Virus record (IMG/VR): IMGVR_UViG_3300044210_000049
Location: 1-48,884 of that record
Length of the DNA: 48,884 bases
Source: a virus
Lineage: Duplodnaviria > Caudoviricetes
Reading direction: 5' to 3' (one strand)
Part shown: positions 8,151 through 18,135 of the stretch, piece after piece
Position numbering within the stretch: position 1 is the stretch's first letter
Layout: the number at the start of each line of letters is the position of its first letter
The notes under the pieces: generated by a model
Seen by the model: only the letters and a program-made list of their open reading frames with translations
Databases searched by the model: none
What the model was told of the DNA's origin: nothing
Program-made: the position numbers and the translations under genes

Positions 8151-8795
8151 TCAAATGATATTTATTAATTGTTTTCCTATCCATTCCGTATACGCCGGCG
8201 GAATAGCCTCATCCATTCCTTTGCGAGTCATCCATTGCAAATCAGCAGCGTCGCGCATTTCTTTTGCGCTTGGTTCATCTCTGTTTAAAATTCCATTAAT
8301 TTTTCTTCTTGGTGAACCACTTATTAAAATGCATTGAAAAGAGTGATCGCACCCCAAAATAGGCGGCGCAATATTTGGAAATATTTCAAAATATCTATGC
8401 CGGCGCACCCTCAATCCAAACATCGTACCACATAGCATAATAGGTCTTTCCAGCAATCGCATTGCGCCCCTTACATTTTCTATGACGTATGGCTTCCCGA
8501 TAGATTGTAGGGCTATCCTTGTCGATGCAATCAAATTAGGATGTCTCCCTCTATATGCAATGGGAGTTAATCCGGAATATCTCTGACATGGCGGACTTGC
8601 ATGGATAACGTCAAATTCTTTTCCGTGCTTTTTTAAATATTCAAAGGCGTCGGCTTGGTGAAATTCAAATGGGTATCTCGGTTGAGGTTTATGATCAATT
8701 CCCACTACCTCAAAACCGGCGCGATGATATCCCATTCCCGCCCCGCCTTGGCAGCAAAAAAGATCGAGCAGTTTAGGTTTTTTCATGTAAGTCAA
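8151..8795 (-). CDS. C5 cytosine DNA methyltransferase
   Basis: LDLFCCQGG, HASPPCQ, IENV, R.RHRYF motifs. Confidence 0.9.
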   Translation of the reverse strand: MTYMKKPKLLDLFCCQGGAGMGYHRAGFEVVGIDHKPQPRYPFEFHQADAFEYLKKHGKEFDVIHASPPCQRYSGLTPIAYRGRHPNLIASTRIALQSIGKPYVIENVRGAMRLLERPIMLCGTMFGLRVRRHRYFEIFPNIAPPILGCDHSFQCILISGSPRRKINGILNRDEPSAKEMRDAADLQWMTRKGMDEAIPPAYTEWIGKQLINII

Positions 8796-9140
8796 CCAAT
8801 ATTATCGTTTTTTGTAATTTCGTAACCTGTAATTTCTATTAGCATCGCTTCGAGTAGAATCAAATAATTTATTGAATCACCTATTTTTTCATCGATTAAC
8901 TCACCGGAGACATAATTATTTGTTACCAATTTATCAATAATATCCAAAACAGAAACCCAATGTTTTGCCATCATTCCGACAAGCGCCTGTGGTTTTGAAA
9001 CACCTAATATTGAGGCCGCTCTTGTAAAATTGTGAAATCTATCATGATTCGTAGAATATTCTTCTGCCTTTTTACATAGAATGTATTTTATTTTTTTTAC
9101 ATCTTTCGTCTACTATCAGATTAAACTTTTCTGAATTCAT
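8792..9140 (-). pseudogene. Frameshifted all-alpha nucleotide-modification-associated (Nmad1/MazG-like) protein
   Basis: ATG at 9140; removing one base from the T8 run at 9091-9098 gives KKAEEYSTNHDRFHNF...MMAKH...EKIGDSINYLILL. Confidence 0.65.
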
Positions 9141-9431
9141 TTCTCAATCCTTTCCTTTAAATTTTTGATTTGCTCTTCGATCTTGTCCTTTTCCGTAATA
9201 CCGTCCGGATAAGTATAGCGCGCTTTAACGCACTTTTCGAGCAACTCCTCGTAGTTTACATCTGGTTCCCGGGGCTTCATTGTTTACTTTTTAGCAATAC
9301 CAATACCGTCACCGCTCCAATCAACGCGAATACGGACATCGCCATTCCAGCAAGTGAAATCCAAATTAAATCAATAACAGGTATTACCACGCGTACAGGA
9401 TGTACAATTTGATATAGAGAATCAACTAAAA

Positions 9432-9869
9432 TCATTGTTTGTCCTTAGAACGAAGTAGAGTTATTCGATCATTAATCTGTTTACTCATATTATCAATACA
9501 CCGTTCAAATTGATTAATTCCTGCCGGCAAATCGATACTTTCCAGGAAAGCAATTTCTTCGCTGTGGTTGGCAGGTGGCTTTTGATCTTCCGCCGTTTTT
9601 AGCGAGCATTCTTTACAAAGCTCCTTCATGAATCCTATATTTCCGTTAGGCCAAGGATGACTGGAAATTGGGTTACGATTTCCCATTGGGTTACGATTTC
9701 CCATATCGTAATTTAATTCCGCATCATAGAAAGTTTTTTCACCACAATCATCGCTTTGATCTTCCACAATTTTTGACGCAATTTTTTCTTTCAGTTGTTT
9801 CCAAGTAGAAATATCCATTGCGTCACCGAATTGATATACTAACGACTCGATATGCTCTAAATGTGTCAT
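9432..9869 (-). CDS. Hypothetical protein with a cassette-derived C-terminus
   Basis: 145 aa; tail EEIAFLE...QINDRITLLRS resembles cassette O tail DEIAWLE...KINDRIAQLRA. Confidence 0.75.
   Translation of the reverse strand: MTHLEHIESLVYQFGDAMDISTWKQLKEKIASKIVEDQSDDCGEKTFYDAELNYDMGNRNPMGNRNPISSHPWPNGNIGFMKELCKECSLKTAEDQKPPANHSEEIAFLESIDLPAGINQFERCIDNMSKQINDRITLLRSKDKQ
9669..9704. repeat. 18 bp tandem duplication (MGNRNP x2)
   Basis: tgggttacgatttcccat twice, in frame. Confidence 0.85.
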
Positions 9870-9953
9870 ATAAATTATCCTTTAAAATTCCGGCCTCTGC
9901 GCCTACGCGTACGCCTGTATGCGCTGAATGAGCACGTAAGCGCTTCCAGATAC

Positions 9954-10259
9954 TCAATACTGGTTCGGCCGGTGGTTAATATTTATTCCCCCGGACCCGT
10001 CCCCGTACCCGGCTCCGGACCCGTCCCCGTCCCCGTCCCCGTCCCCGGACCCGTCCCCGGACCCGGCCCCGTCCCCGGACCCGGCCCCGTACCCGGACCC
10101 GTCCCCGTACCCGGACCCGTCCCCGGACCCGGCCCCGTACCCGGACCCGTACCCGGACCCGGACCCGTCCCCGGACCCGGCCCCGTACCCGGACCCGTAC
10201 CCGGACCCGGCCCCGTCCCCGTCCCAGGATATAATAATATTTTCTTTTATGATCTCCAT
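9954..10259 (-). CDS. Gly-rich G(D/S/Y/A) repeat protein
   Basis: 6 bp-unit low-complexity tract at ~9990-10225; commonly paired with the upstream gene in phages. Confidence 0.75.
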   Translation of the reverse strand: MEIIKENIIISWDGDGAGSGYGSGYGAGSGDGSGSGYGSGYGAGSGDGSGYGDGSGYGAGSGDGAGSGDGSGDGDGDGDGSGAGYGDGSGGININHRPNQY

Positions 10260-10537
10260 TCCGGGACCGCCTTAATAGAAGCAATAGCAGTTTTTGTGCA
10301 TGGAATTATTTCTATTGCCTCGGTTAACTTTATTGATGGTATTGTAACTGAAAATTTGCATTCGTTTGGACATTTTACTCCACACAAAGCAAGTTCTGAC
10401 AATGAAGCCGCTCCTTTCCAATACCAAATGCGCCGAGTGTTTTTTAAAATAACTTCTTTACATTTTTGAGATACTAATGTTCCTGAATGTACCCCGGCTG
10501 AATAAGTTCTTACAATTACATACTCTGATTTTTTCAC
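10247..10537 (-). CDS. DUF6948-like phage protein
   Basis: [14 protein letters not shown]...[16 protein letters not shown]. Confidence 0.85.
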   Translation of the reverse strand: MKKSEYVIVRTYSAGVHSGTLVSQKCKEVILKNTRRIWYWKGAASLSELALCGVKCPNECKFSVTIPSIKLTEAIEIIPCTKTAIASIKAVPEWRS

Positions 10538-10699
10538 AAGTACCTTCTTTCTTTTAAAGTTAAATCTGCATTTTCAATTGTTCCGCCACTGGTTTTTTAT
10601 TCCGCTCCGGCTTCTTGTAATCCGCCTTGTCCCTACTGATGCGGATATCCAATCCGAAGATTCGGAAGTGAAAGCAACGTGAGAATTTTCTGTATGGTT

Positions 10700-11269
10700 T
10701 CATATTTTCAATTCCTCAATTACCTTTTTAAAAATATACCTGGTCGCTTGTATATCTGAAAAAGCGTCATGAGCATTTATTGCTATCCCAAAATGATTAG
10801 CAACGGTTTCGAGTTTGTAATCCGGAAGTGATATAATTCCTTGATAATCCATAATAGAAAGTAAATATCTGGGATCAAGCGGCCTCCGACGGTCAATCCA
10901 TGATCCGAAAAATTTATCACCGCATTTTTGAAACCATTGAGATATGAAATTTATATCAAAACTGACCTCATATCCCGCAGGATAAAATTTATCGTTTTTG
11001 TCGAATTTATCGCAGTATTTTCCGATAATATTGACAAAATCAATTTTAACTTTTAACGGCATTTCAAAGCCCTTGATGTCCTCAAGAGAAAATTTATTTT
11101 TCGCAAGCGCATCGAGGGTAATATTGTCATACGAAAACGGTTGACACTTAAAATCGAATTCATCAACCTCTTTGCCATCGATTTCTATTATCCCGGCAAG
11201 CTGAATTATGTCGTTTTTAACCGGATCAAGACCGGTAGTTTCGCAATCAAACCAAAGAACTTTTTTCAT
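10700..11269 (-). CDS. DEDDh 3'-5' exonuclease (DnaQ-like)
   Basis: WFDCETTGLD, FD, HDAFSDI motifs. Confidence 0.92.
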   Translation of the reverse strand: MKKVLWFDCETTGLDPVKNDIIQLAGIIEIDGKEVDEFDFKCQPFSYDNITLDALAKNKFSLEDIKGFEMPLKVKIDFVNIIGKYCDKFDKNDKFYPAGYEVSFDINFISQWFQKCGDKFFGSWIDRRRPLDPRYLLSIMDYQGIISLPDYKLETVANHFGIAINAHDAFSDIQATRYIFKKVIEELKI

Positions 11270-11270
11270 G

Positions 11271-13229
11271 TTACTCCTTTGCCGCCGCCGCGTCGAGTTC
11301 GGCGTTTAATTTTTGGTCGGAAGATATTTTTTTTAATGGTTTTTTAACAAGCGTAGCCATTATTGATTCGTAATTTTTTTCCGGGATATCGGTAAGAACT
11401 TTTATTGTTTCGTCTTTTAAAAGACCACGATAAAACTTTAAAATAGAATCAACGCTTGCGCCTTCTCGTTTTGCAATTTCCTCTAAAATGTTAGAAGTTT
11501 GATTGGTAGAAATTAAAAGCACGTCGGAGTTTTTAGGTTCTTTTTCTTCGGTAATGTTAATGACTTTATTTTCAAGGAAAAGAATATCTTCCTTGTCCTC
11601 TCTGACTTCCGGAAGTTCGAGCATGCTTTTTGTCGGATCAATAAGGGCAAATTTTTGTAAATCGGAAAGAGGGAAATCCATATTGATATGCAGAATATAG
11701 TGTTTCGATTTTTTCCCTTCGTAAGTAATTTCTTGCTCTCTGCGCTCCAATTTTAACGGGATCATGTGAACGCGACCGCAAATAGCCTTGATATATTCAA
11801 GGCAAGAATTTATGTTTACAATAGAATGAAATGAACCGGTAACTATTTCCCATACGCCAGCCCCTTTTAATTCCGGCAAAAGGATAGAAAGCGCTGCGGA
11901 TTCTGAGCATTTTTTTTGCTGATAAAATGGACAATCCTGTCCTTTGCAATTTACTCGTACTCCTCCCATTTCGGATGCCCCAAGCACTTCGAGGCTGGCC
12001 GCATGCTCTTGTGATATACATACTGCTTCTATCCCATCTCCCTTGCAGCGCAATACTCCATTAGCGTATCGTTTGTAAAATTGAGGAAAGAAAATAGACG
12101 GGTCTGGAAGCGGGAACATTATTCGAATCTGTTTGGGTTTTTCCCCGTATAGTTTTTCGTATTCTGAAATAAGGTTTTTGTTTTCCAACTCGGAAGGTGT
12201 TTTCGGATCAAGTTTGAAATAGTCTATTTCTGCCGGATATTCAACTCCTTTCGATGAAACTTTTTTAATTCCAAGGCGAATTTTTCCAAGCCTCGGAAGC
12301 CTTCTTATTTCCGACAATCCTTTAATCATTTCTTCCTCGCTTTGTTTTTGAGTTTTTAAATATTTTCCATAAGAACAAAATTCAGCAACCGCGCAAAAGC
12401 GCGCGCATTTAAGTCCTTCCCAGTTTTCGAGTCTATCACAGGTCGGAGGCGCGGTCATAGTTTTTAAAGCGCTTAAAAGGGCTTCCCGCTTCATTTTGAA
12501 ATAATCCAATACTTCTTGATCCGTAATAATTTTCAAGTTGAAGTAATAAACGTTTCTGAAAATTCCCCGGCTTCTCGCAATGAATGTTCCTCCATCCCGA
12601 ACGCAACATTGTATTTTCAGGTGATTTATTTTTTTCCCTAAACGTTTTTCCGCTTCGATTCGATATTTATTTAATTGCAGTTCCCATTCCCATCGGTCTT
12701 CATATTTTTGATCTCTGACAAGCTCTTTTATGGTTTTCTTCTCACCTTTTCGCTTTCCGCTTTTAAAAACTTCATCGGTTTCTTTTTCGATGACTTTAAA
12801 ACCGAGTGCCTTGGCAACTTTGTAGGAGCCGGAAGTTTTGTAGTCGATCATGTCAATTTGGCCATTTTCGATCTCTATCACATCGGAAATTCCGGTTTCA
12901 TCGGTGTCGTCTCCGTCGAATTTTTCTTCGAGAAAAGAGAGTTCATCTTCCGAACCTTCCAAAACAGCATGACCTTTTGTACCATGTAACATAAAAGCTC
13001 GGGAATCCGGACTTATAGAATATTCTTTTGTTAAGATTAAGAATGCTTCGAGTGTCCCGCGTATTAATTGGGTAGTAGATGGCTTTCCGGTCCATATTCT
13101 TTCTCTCGAAGCGAGTCTCAAATAGGAGCGAGTCGCGCAACGTTCACCCATTCGGCAGCCGCCCTCTTTCAAGCAGTCGTCTATTTCTATTTTATCGTTG
13201 TCTGGACATATAAAATATTTTAATGGCAT
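11271..13229 (-). CDS. Fusion: Cas4-like PD-(D/E)XK nuclease plus Gp3-like (recombination directionality factor family) domain
   Basis: N-half has GISD...IDYKTSG, QLNKY and a Cys cluster (CARFCAVAEFC); C-half has RRLPRLGKIRLG...CKGDG...GVWEIVTGSFHS. Confidence 0.75.
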   Translation of the reverse strand: MPLKYFICPDNDKIEIDDCLKEGGCRMGERCATRSYLRLASRERIWTGKPSTTQLIRGTLEAFLILTKEYSISPDSRAFMLHGTKGHAVLEGSEDELSFLEEKFDGDDTDETGISDVIEIENGQIDMIDYKTSGSYKVAKALGFKVIEKETDEVFKSGKRKGEKKTIKELVRDQKYEDRWEWELQLNKYRIEAEKRLGKKINHLKIQCCVRDGGTFIARSRGIFRNVYYFNLKIITDQEVLDYFKMKREALLSALKTMTAPPTCDRLENWEGLKCARFCAVAEFCSYGKYLKTQKQSEEEMIKGLSEIRRLPRLGKIRLGIKKVSSKGVEYPAEIDYFKLDPKTPSELENKNLISEYEKLYGEKPKQIRIMFPLPDPSIFFPQFYKRYANGVLRCKGDGIEAVCISQEHAASLEVLGASEMGGVRVNCKGQDCPFYQQKKCSESAALSILLPELKGAGVWEIVTGSFHSIVNINSCLEYIKAICGRVHMIPLKLERREQEITYEGKKSKHYILHINMDFPLSDLQKFALIDPTKSMLELPEVREDKEDILFLENKVINITEEKEPKNSDVLLISTNQTSNILEEIAKREGASVDSILKFYRGLLKDETIKVLTDIPEKNYESIMATLVKKPLKKISSDQKLNAELDAAAAKE

Positions 13230-13453
13230 AAATTATTTTCCATTTAAAAACATTCTCCCGGCTCTCGCGCTCCGCTATTGCACGTAGCGGCGTTTGACGG
13301 AATGGAACCGGCTCGCCGGGAGAGTGTTCGGTTAAAAATAACCCGCCCATGCAGACCTTGCGAGAATGCATTTACATCCCTGACGGGATAAGACGGGTTT
13401 GGTTTTGGGATTTCGCAAGGTCATAAGTAATATAGTTGATTTAATGTGTGATG

Positions 13454-13990
13454 TCAATCTTTATTTTCAATTAAAAATTTATTTACTCCCAATTTCGAAA
13501 CAACCTCATTGCCTATTTGAGTCTTAAGGTTTTCTGTTATGCTTTTTGTAATCTTGTCGGATGTCTCTTTGATTAATTTGTCTGCGAATTTTTTAGAATG
13601 GTCTTCGATTTGTTTATCAATTAACCATTCAAAACGACGCCTTGTTCTTACATACGAATCGCATCCCGATCTTCCACTATCATCAACGTTCTGATTCCAG
13701 AATTCGTCGAATTTATTTTTTAAAATATCCTCAATTGTGGTATCGCAGATAATTTCTTTTCCCCATTTGTCGGTAATATTTACTTTTCGTTTAAGGAATT
13801 CTCCTATTAATAAATTGCAAATTTCGTCAATTTTCCCGGAAATGGCTTTTGTTGCCTCTTCCTGCATTTCAGTTTCTACTTTTTTGGAAACTGAATTTAT
13901 TATTTTTGCAGCTATTTCTTTTTTAACAATCTCATCCAAACTTCCATTTTCATCAAGATAATCAATTTCTACTTCAATATTTAATTTCAT
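13454..13990 (-). CDS. Hypothetical phage protein
   Basis: 178 aa helical ORF, TDKWG motif, GGAG RBS. Confidence 0.8.
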   Translation of the reverse strand: MKLNIEVEIDYLDENGSLDEIVKKEIAAKIINSVSKKVETEMQEEATKAISGKIDEICNLLIGEFLKRKVNITDKWGKEIICDTTIEDILKNKFDEFWNQNVDDSGRSGCDSYVRTRRRFEWLIDKQIEDHSKKFADKLIKETSDKITKSITENLKTQIGNEVVSKLGVNKFLIENKD

Positions 13991-14002
13991 AACTCTCCCT
14001 TG

Positions 14003-14194
14003 TTAATTGTTTTCGATTAGAACTTTTATTCCTGAAAAGTGGTCATGTTCGACGCAGTTGCCTAATTCATACGCACAACTGTGAGCATTAGCGCAATACT
14101 GGCAAACGTCATCACTCTGCATTTCCCGATATTCCGCCTCCGCTATTTTCTTGGCTTTCATCGCGTGCGTGAGATCGAATTCGTCGTCACTCAT
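14003..14194 (-). CDS. Small Cys-containing protein
   Basis: 63 aa with GAGG RBS. Confidence 0.6.
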   Translation of the reverse strand: MSDDEFDLTHAMKAKKIAEAEYREMQSDDVCQYCANAHSCAYELGNCVEHDHFSGIKVLIENN

Positions 14195-14510
14195 TTGTCT
14201 ACCTCAATATTTCGAACAGCTATTTTTTCTAACCATTCCACATATTCTGTGGTAAAACCATGGTCTCCGTCTTTGAACCGTTTTGTTGCCGATTTTCCGG
14301 TATCTTTAGTATACCGCCACATCATTTGTAGTGCGATAGTGTCAGCGTCATTCATTTTTTAATCCTCTCGCTTTGCGCCCTCGTGTTTCGGAAAAACCGG
14401 TCACCCCATGCCTTGTTCCTGGTTCTCCTGCATTCGGAGACGACGGTTGCCCGAACTCGTCGTCCTCCATTTTTTTGAGCGTGAAAAGTTTACGCTTTTT
14501 TTTCATTGGA

Positions 14511-14795
14511 TTACCCGGTTATTTTTTTATAAAAGTCAAAGTACTTTTCGCTGTAACATCCGGACACGCAAAATACATCGGCGTTTTTACCGAAAGTATG
14601 ACTATTCGACCATAAAAAATTTTCCGCGTCTTCTCTGCTGAAATATGGTCCTGTTATCTGAAATGCAAGATTGTGTATATCGCAATTCATATTTTGTTTT
14701 GGATCGAGAATAAGCCAGTATGGCGCTTCAGTTCCTTCGTTGTCAGCTTTTTGCAATGTGTAAATTAGTTCCATTACAGGATTGATGTCAGGCAT
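14511..14795 (-). CDS. Hypothetical phage protein
   Basis: 94 aa, DNEGTEAPYW...ITGPYFSRE. Confidence 0.75.
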   Translation of the reverse strand: MPDINPVMELIYTLQKADNEGTEAPYWLILDPKQNMNCDIHNLAFQITGPYFSREDAENFLWSNSHTFGKNADVFCVSGCYSEKYFDFYKKITG

Positions 14796-14796
14796 T

Positions 14797-15219
14797 TTAA
14801 TTTCCTCCTAATTCCTCGGGGGTTAAATGTAAATAATGCGCCGGAGTGAGAGCGTTAACCTTTTTCATTGGAACCCATACTTGGGCTTGCCACATTTCAA
14901 TGAGTAATATTTTAAACTGAGGATTGACAATGTTTATTTTTTTGTAAAGCTTGTAAGCTGGGCATGTATCCATCTGTTTTGAGTCCCGGCATTTTTCGCA
15001 TTTCCAGCAAGGTAATTTTGGGAGTGCGGCGCTTTTGAATGTCCAGTCGGAATATTCGTTTTTTTCAAAGGCAATGAATCGTTCTTTCGAAAGGAATTTT
15101 TCATCCATTTTTTCCCCATGATCGGATAACAAAAAAATACTCCATAATGATACAGCAAAAACAACAGCGGAAAAAATTATAAATCCTACCCAAACACATT
15201 GAGCAAATGTAAAATCCAT
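14797..15219 (-). CDS. Membrane-anchored hypothetical protein
   Basis: N-terminal hydrophobic helix, CxxCxxC. Confidence 0.65.
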   Translation of the reverse strand: MDFTFAQCVWVGFIIFSAVVFAVSLWSIFLLSDHGEKMDEKFLSKERFIAFEKNEYSDWTFKSAALPKLPCWKCEKCRDSKQMDTCPAYKLYKKINIVNPQFKILLIEMWQAQVWVPMKKVNALTPAHYLHLTPEELGGN

Positions 15220-15379
15220 GATTATTTTCCCCTTTCTTTCCAATGTTTAATTGCGGAAAAAAAACTGTGAATTCCGAGTCCCAGCATGATTATTGAAAAT
15301 ACCATGCAAGCGAAACATATCCATTGAAAAAAAGTAAATTCGTGGAACATTAGCAGATTCATTTTTTTTGCTCCTTAAT

Positions 15380-15631
15380 TTATTTGAAATTGTAATTAGC
15401 AATCCAATTCAATTTATCTTGTAAAGAATCGCATCTTTTTGAAAGTGAATCGCATTTTGACTTCAAAAGCAAATTTATATCGTATAGATGGCTGAAATAT
15501 CCTTCTCCTTTAGCCCGGTAAAATTTTTCTTTGTTCAGTTTTTCATATGCCGATATCGCGTCATTTGGAACTGTAGCTGCGCATCCGACGACAAAACAAA
15601 TTGACAGTATAGATAAAATTATTTTTTTCAT
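15380..15631 (-). CDS. Putative lipoprotein
   Basis: MKKIILSILSICFVVGC lipobox-like signal. Confidence 0.7.
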   Translation of the reverse strand: MKKIILSILSICFVVGCAATVPNDAISAYEKLNKEKFYRAKGEGYFSHLYDINLLLKSKCDSLSKRCDSLQDKLNWIANYNFK

Positions 15632-15646
15632 AAAGCACCTTTCTTG

Positions 15647-15823
15647 TTATTTGTTTTTAACTACCTCGTATGGTTCTATATCGCAGTCGATTTCTTTTTT
15701 CCCTCTTTTTGCCGAGATGGCATGTTCGATGAAATGATTCATCGATTCGCCGGTTTTCTCACGGTTTTTTTCCAAAAACTTCTTTGTTTTTTCTTCGAGT
15801 AGAATCGTAGTTCTTATTTTCAT
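15647..15823 (-). CDS. Ribbon-helix-helix transcriptional regulator (not in the ORF track)
   Basis: MKIRTTILLEEKTKKFLEKNREKTGESMNHFIEHAI, 58 aa. Confidence 0.7.
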   Translation of the reverse strand: MKIRTTILLEEKTKKFLEKNREKTGESMNHFIEHAISAKRGKKEIDCDIEPYEVVKNK

Positions 15824-15931
15824 ATTTTTCCTTCAATCTGATCATTGCAAATTTCATCTATACGACCATGCGCCATCCTCAAAAACTATGTGATACATAT
15901 TCATGATTCCGCTGGATTATGGATTAGTGTC

Positions 15932-16201
15932 TTAAAGCTCAAAATATTTTTTTAATGCTGTTTCAAGCTTTTTTAAAGCCGATAAAACTTTTGTCTTTTC
16001 CGCATTTCTTAATTTGTATAGTTGCTGACTGGCATTATTTTCTTTTTTATACTCCCTATTTTTCGCAAGAATTGCCACAGCATTTTTTTTGCGCCATGCA
16101 CTCATTTGCATTTTACGTTTCTCTTTGTTTTTTTGATACCATTCCGATAAATGCTGTTTATTTAATTTGCGCCATTGCTCCAAGTATTCTTTCCGAGTCA
16201 T
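15932..16201 (-). CDS. Lys/Arg-rich helical protein
   Basis: 89 aa, repeated EW(Y/R)..N motif, GGAG RBS. Confidence 0.65.
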   Translation of the reverse strand: MTRKEYLEQWRKLNKQHLSEWYQKNKEKRKMQMSAWRKKNAVAILAKNREYKKENNASQQLYKLRNAEKTKVLSALKKLETALKKYFEL

Positions 16202-16623
16202 TTTTTTGCTCCTTTTCCCGGTTAAATTATTTTAATAATCCCCCGGCGCTAAGGAGCGGGAAGTCGCGGTGAATACCATAGCCCCTTACGGATTTTCCGG
16301 TGCGCCGGAGGGAATTTTTATTTACATTATAATATTATTCCATGCATACTTTTTTATAGTTTACTATGGCATCCCCCAGTTTATGACTAAATATTTTTTT
16401 TCAGTTCTGCTACCGCGCATCCAATTTCATTTTGATCGCTATCGGTATATCCCGCATTATGCAGGTAGACACCATCACATAGGGCATCGATGGCATCTCT
16501 TTTATCTCCGTGACAATTTCGCAGTGCTTCTTTTGCGATTGCGTTCATTTTTTCCTCCTGGTTATTGTCCTCATCAGTACCGGTCTACCATCAGACCGCC
16601 CGGAGGCGGTTTCGGACTAAATT

Positions 16624-17541
16624 TCACAGAATTATATCAACTAATAACGTATACTCGCCGACTGTTTTTGTGATCCTGGCGATATCGAGAGTGTCCATGT
16701 CGTCATGATCATCGTAATACTCGTGGTGGTATGTCGCTGTCGCGCCGGGTATTTTTGCGAGCGCCGACTGAATTTTTTCGAACTGCGCGTCGGTGAGCGT
16801 TTTTTTATCGGATTCTGAGTGCTCAATAGTCTCTCCGTAGTCATCGGTTTCCTCCGGGAGATGATATTCATCGGCAGGCAGAGCGTCGGCGCCAAGGAAA
16901 GAAAAAATATCCGCACGAATCAAATCGATAACCTCGCTCCTCGCCATAACGCCCGCCGCCCAACGCGCTTTTTGTGTGTCGGTACCGAGGCGCCCGACAG
17001 CCTCGTTGAGTTGCGCGAGTTTGCGGGATTCAATTTCCGCGTCGTTTTTTTCTTTTTTTGCCCGTGCTCCGTCGGCAATTTTTTTCGCCTCGGTATTATG
17101 ATCGGAGCAAATTTTTTTGAGCCGTTCAACCTCGTTTTTTACTCGTCCGTCGCCGATACCGTTGGGGCGATTATAGTCAAAAACTCGCCAATTTCCGAGT
17201 GCCCGGTCCTCGATTTTTTTTTCATCCGGTAGCGCCAACCATGCCACAATTGCCGCGTTGTCGGCAGCGATACCGTCGGCAATTTCTTTTTTTAGCGCAT
17301 CGAGCGCAGTATCCGGGGTGAGTAGTACTGCCTGATCCGTATCGAGGGTATTCCAATTTCGTCCCTGGTGCGTCTCGATCCATATCGCGCCGTCGGATTG
17401 GATTTTTGTATGCTCGGTATCCGATATCATGGATACGAGATCAACCTCAACCTCTCGGTTTCTCGCTCCATCGCGCCCGGCGGCGATTTCGGCGCGTTGA
17501 AGCGCATCTGTGATTTTGTAGGATATTTTTGTGAGGCTCAT
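16624..17541 (-). CDS. Early hypothetical protein
   Basis: 305 aa, GGAG RBS, GC-richer region. Confidence 0.8.
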   Translation of the reverse strand: MSLTKISYKITDALQRAEIAAGRDGARNREVEVDLVSMISDTEHTKIQSDGAIWIETHQGRNWNTLDTDQAVLLTPDTALDALKKEIADGIAADNAAIVAWLALPDEKKIEDRALGNWRVFDYNRPNGIGDGRVKNEVERLKKICSDHNTEAKKIADGARAKKEKNDAEIESRKLAQLNEAVGRLGTDTQKARWAAGVMARSEVIDLIRADIFSFLGADALPADEYHLPEETDDYGETIEHSESDKKTLTDAQFEKIQSALAKIPGATATYHHEYYDDHDDMDTLDIARITKTVGEYTLLVDIIL

Positions 17542-17664
17542 AATTTTTCTCCCTGCCGGTTATCCCGGCGTTTGCGCCACTCGGTTTCCCGGTATTTCCG
17601 GGGTTATCCATTTCCGCCAACGTGGAGGCGGGCGCGTGGAAACGTGGGGCTCGCGCCCCTTGAA

Positions 17665-17988
17665 TTATGCGGCTATTGCAACAGGCAGTTGCGCGGATCT
17701 ATCGAGCGTACGCGCCATGCTGCGTACTGCCGATACGTCCACTCCGTACAGCTCGGCGACGTGTCCGGCCGTCCGGCATGCGACCATATAGGACCACGGC
17801 CATGCCCTCGACGGGCTGCGTATCGTCCGGGTGATCGTGCCATTGATATCCTCGCTATCTGATGGATACCAGCGCCCGCCGCTATCGGTTTTGCCGTCCG
17901 GATGACTGCGACGATCTCTACGGTCGAGGTATGCGCGCGCTGCCGCTACTACGATAGGGTTAATCGATACGATTTTTTTGCTGCTCAT
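17665..17988 (-). CDS. Early hypothetical protein
   Basis: 107 aa, HPDGKTDSGGRWYPS...IRSPSRAWPWS, GAGGAGG RBS. Confidence 0.8.
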   Translation of the reverse strand: MSSKKIVSINPIVVAAARAYLDRRDRRSHPDGKTDSGGRWYPSDSEDINGTITRTIRSPSRAWPWSYMVACRTAGHVAELYGVDVSAVRSMARTLDRSAQLPVAIAA

Positions 17989-18084
17989 CTGATCCTCCTC
18001 TGTGTACCTGGGGTTTCCAGGGTCTCCGGTACCGCCGGATCGGTTGGGAGGGTTATCCTCCCGGTCGCTCTCTCATCTACCCCT

Positions 18085-18135
18085 ATAATATACCATATAA
18101 TTATGTATATGTACATATAATTATGTATAACAAGA
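18085..18135 (-). promoter_or_regulatory. Leftward promoter with tandem operator-like repeats
   Basis: Minus strand TGTACA-17-TATATT; catataattatgtata at 18094-18109 and 18114-18129. Confidence 0.55.

Noticed and set aside
9861-10469. Pro-rich plus-strand ORF and the Arg/Gly-rich ORF 9976..10284
   Set aside because: These are shadow frames of the 6 bp repeat in the Gly-rich gene.
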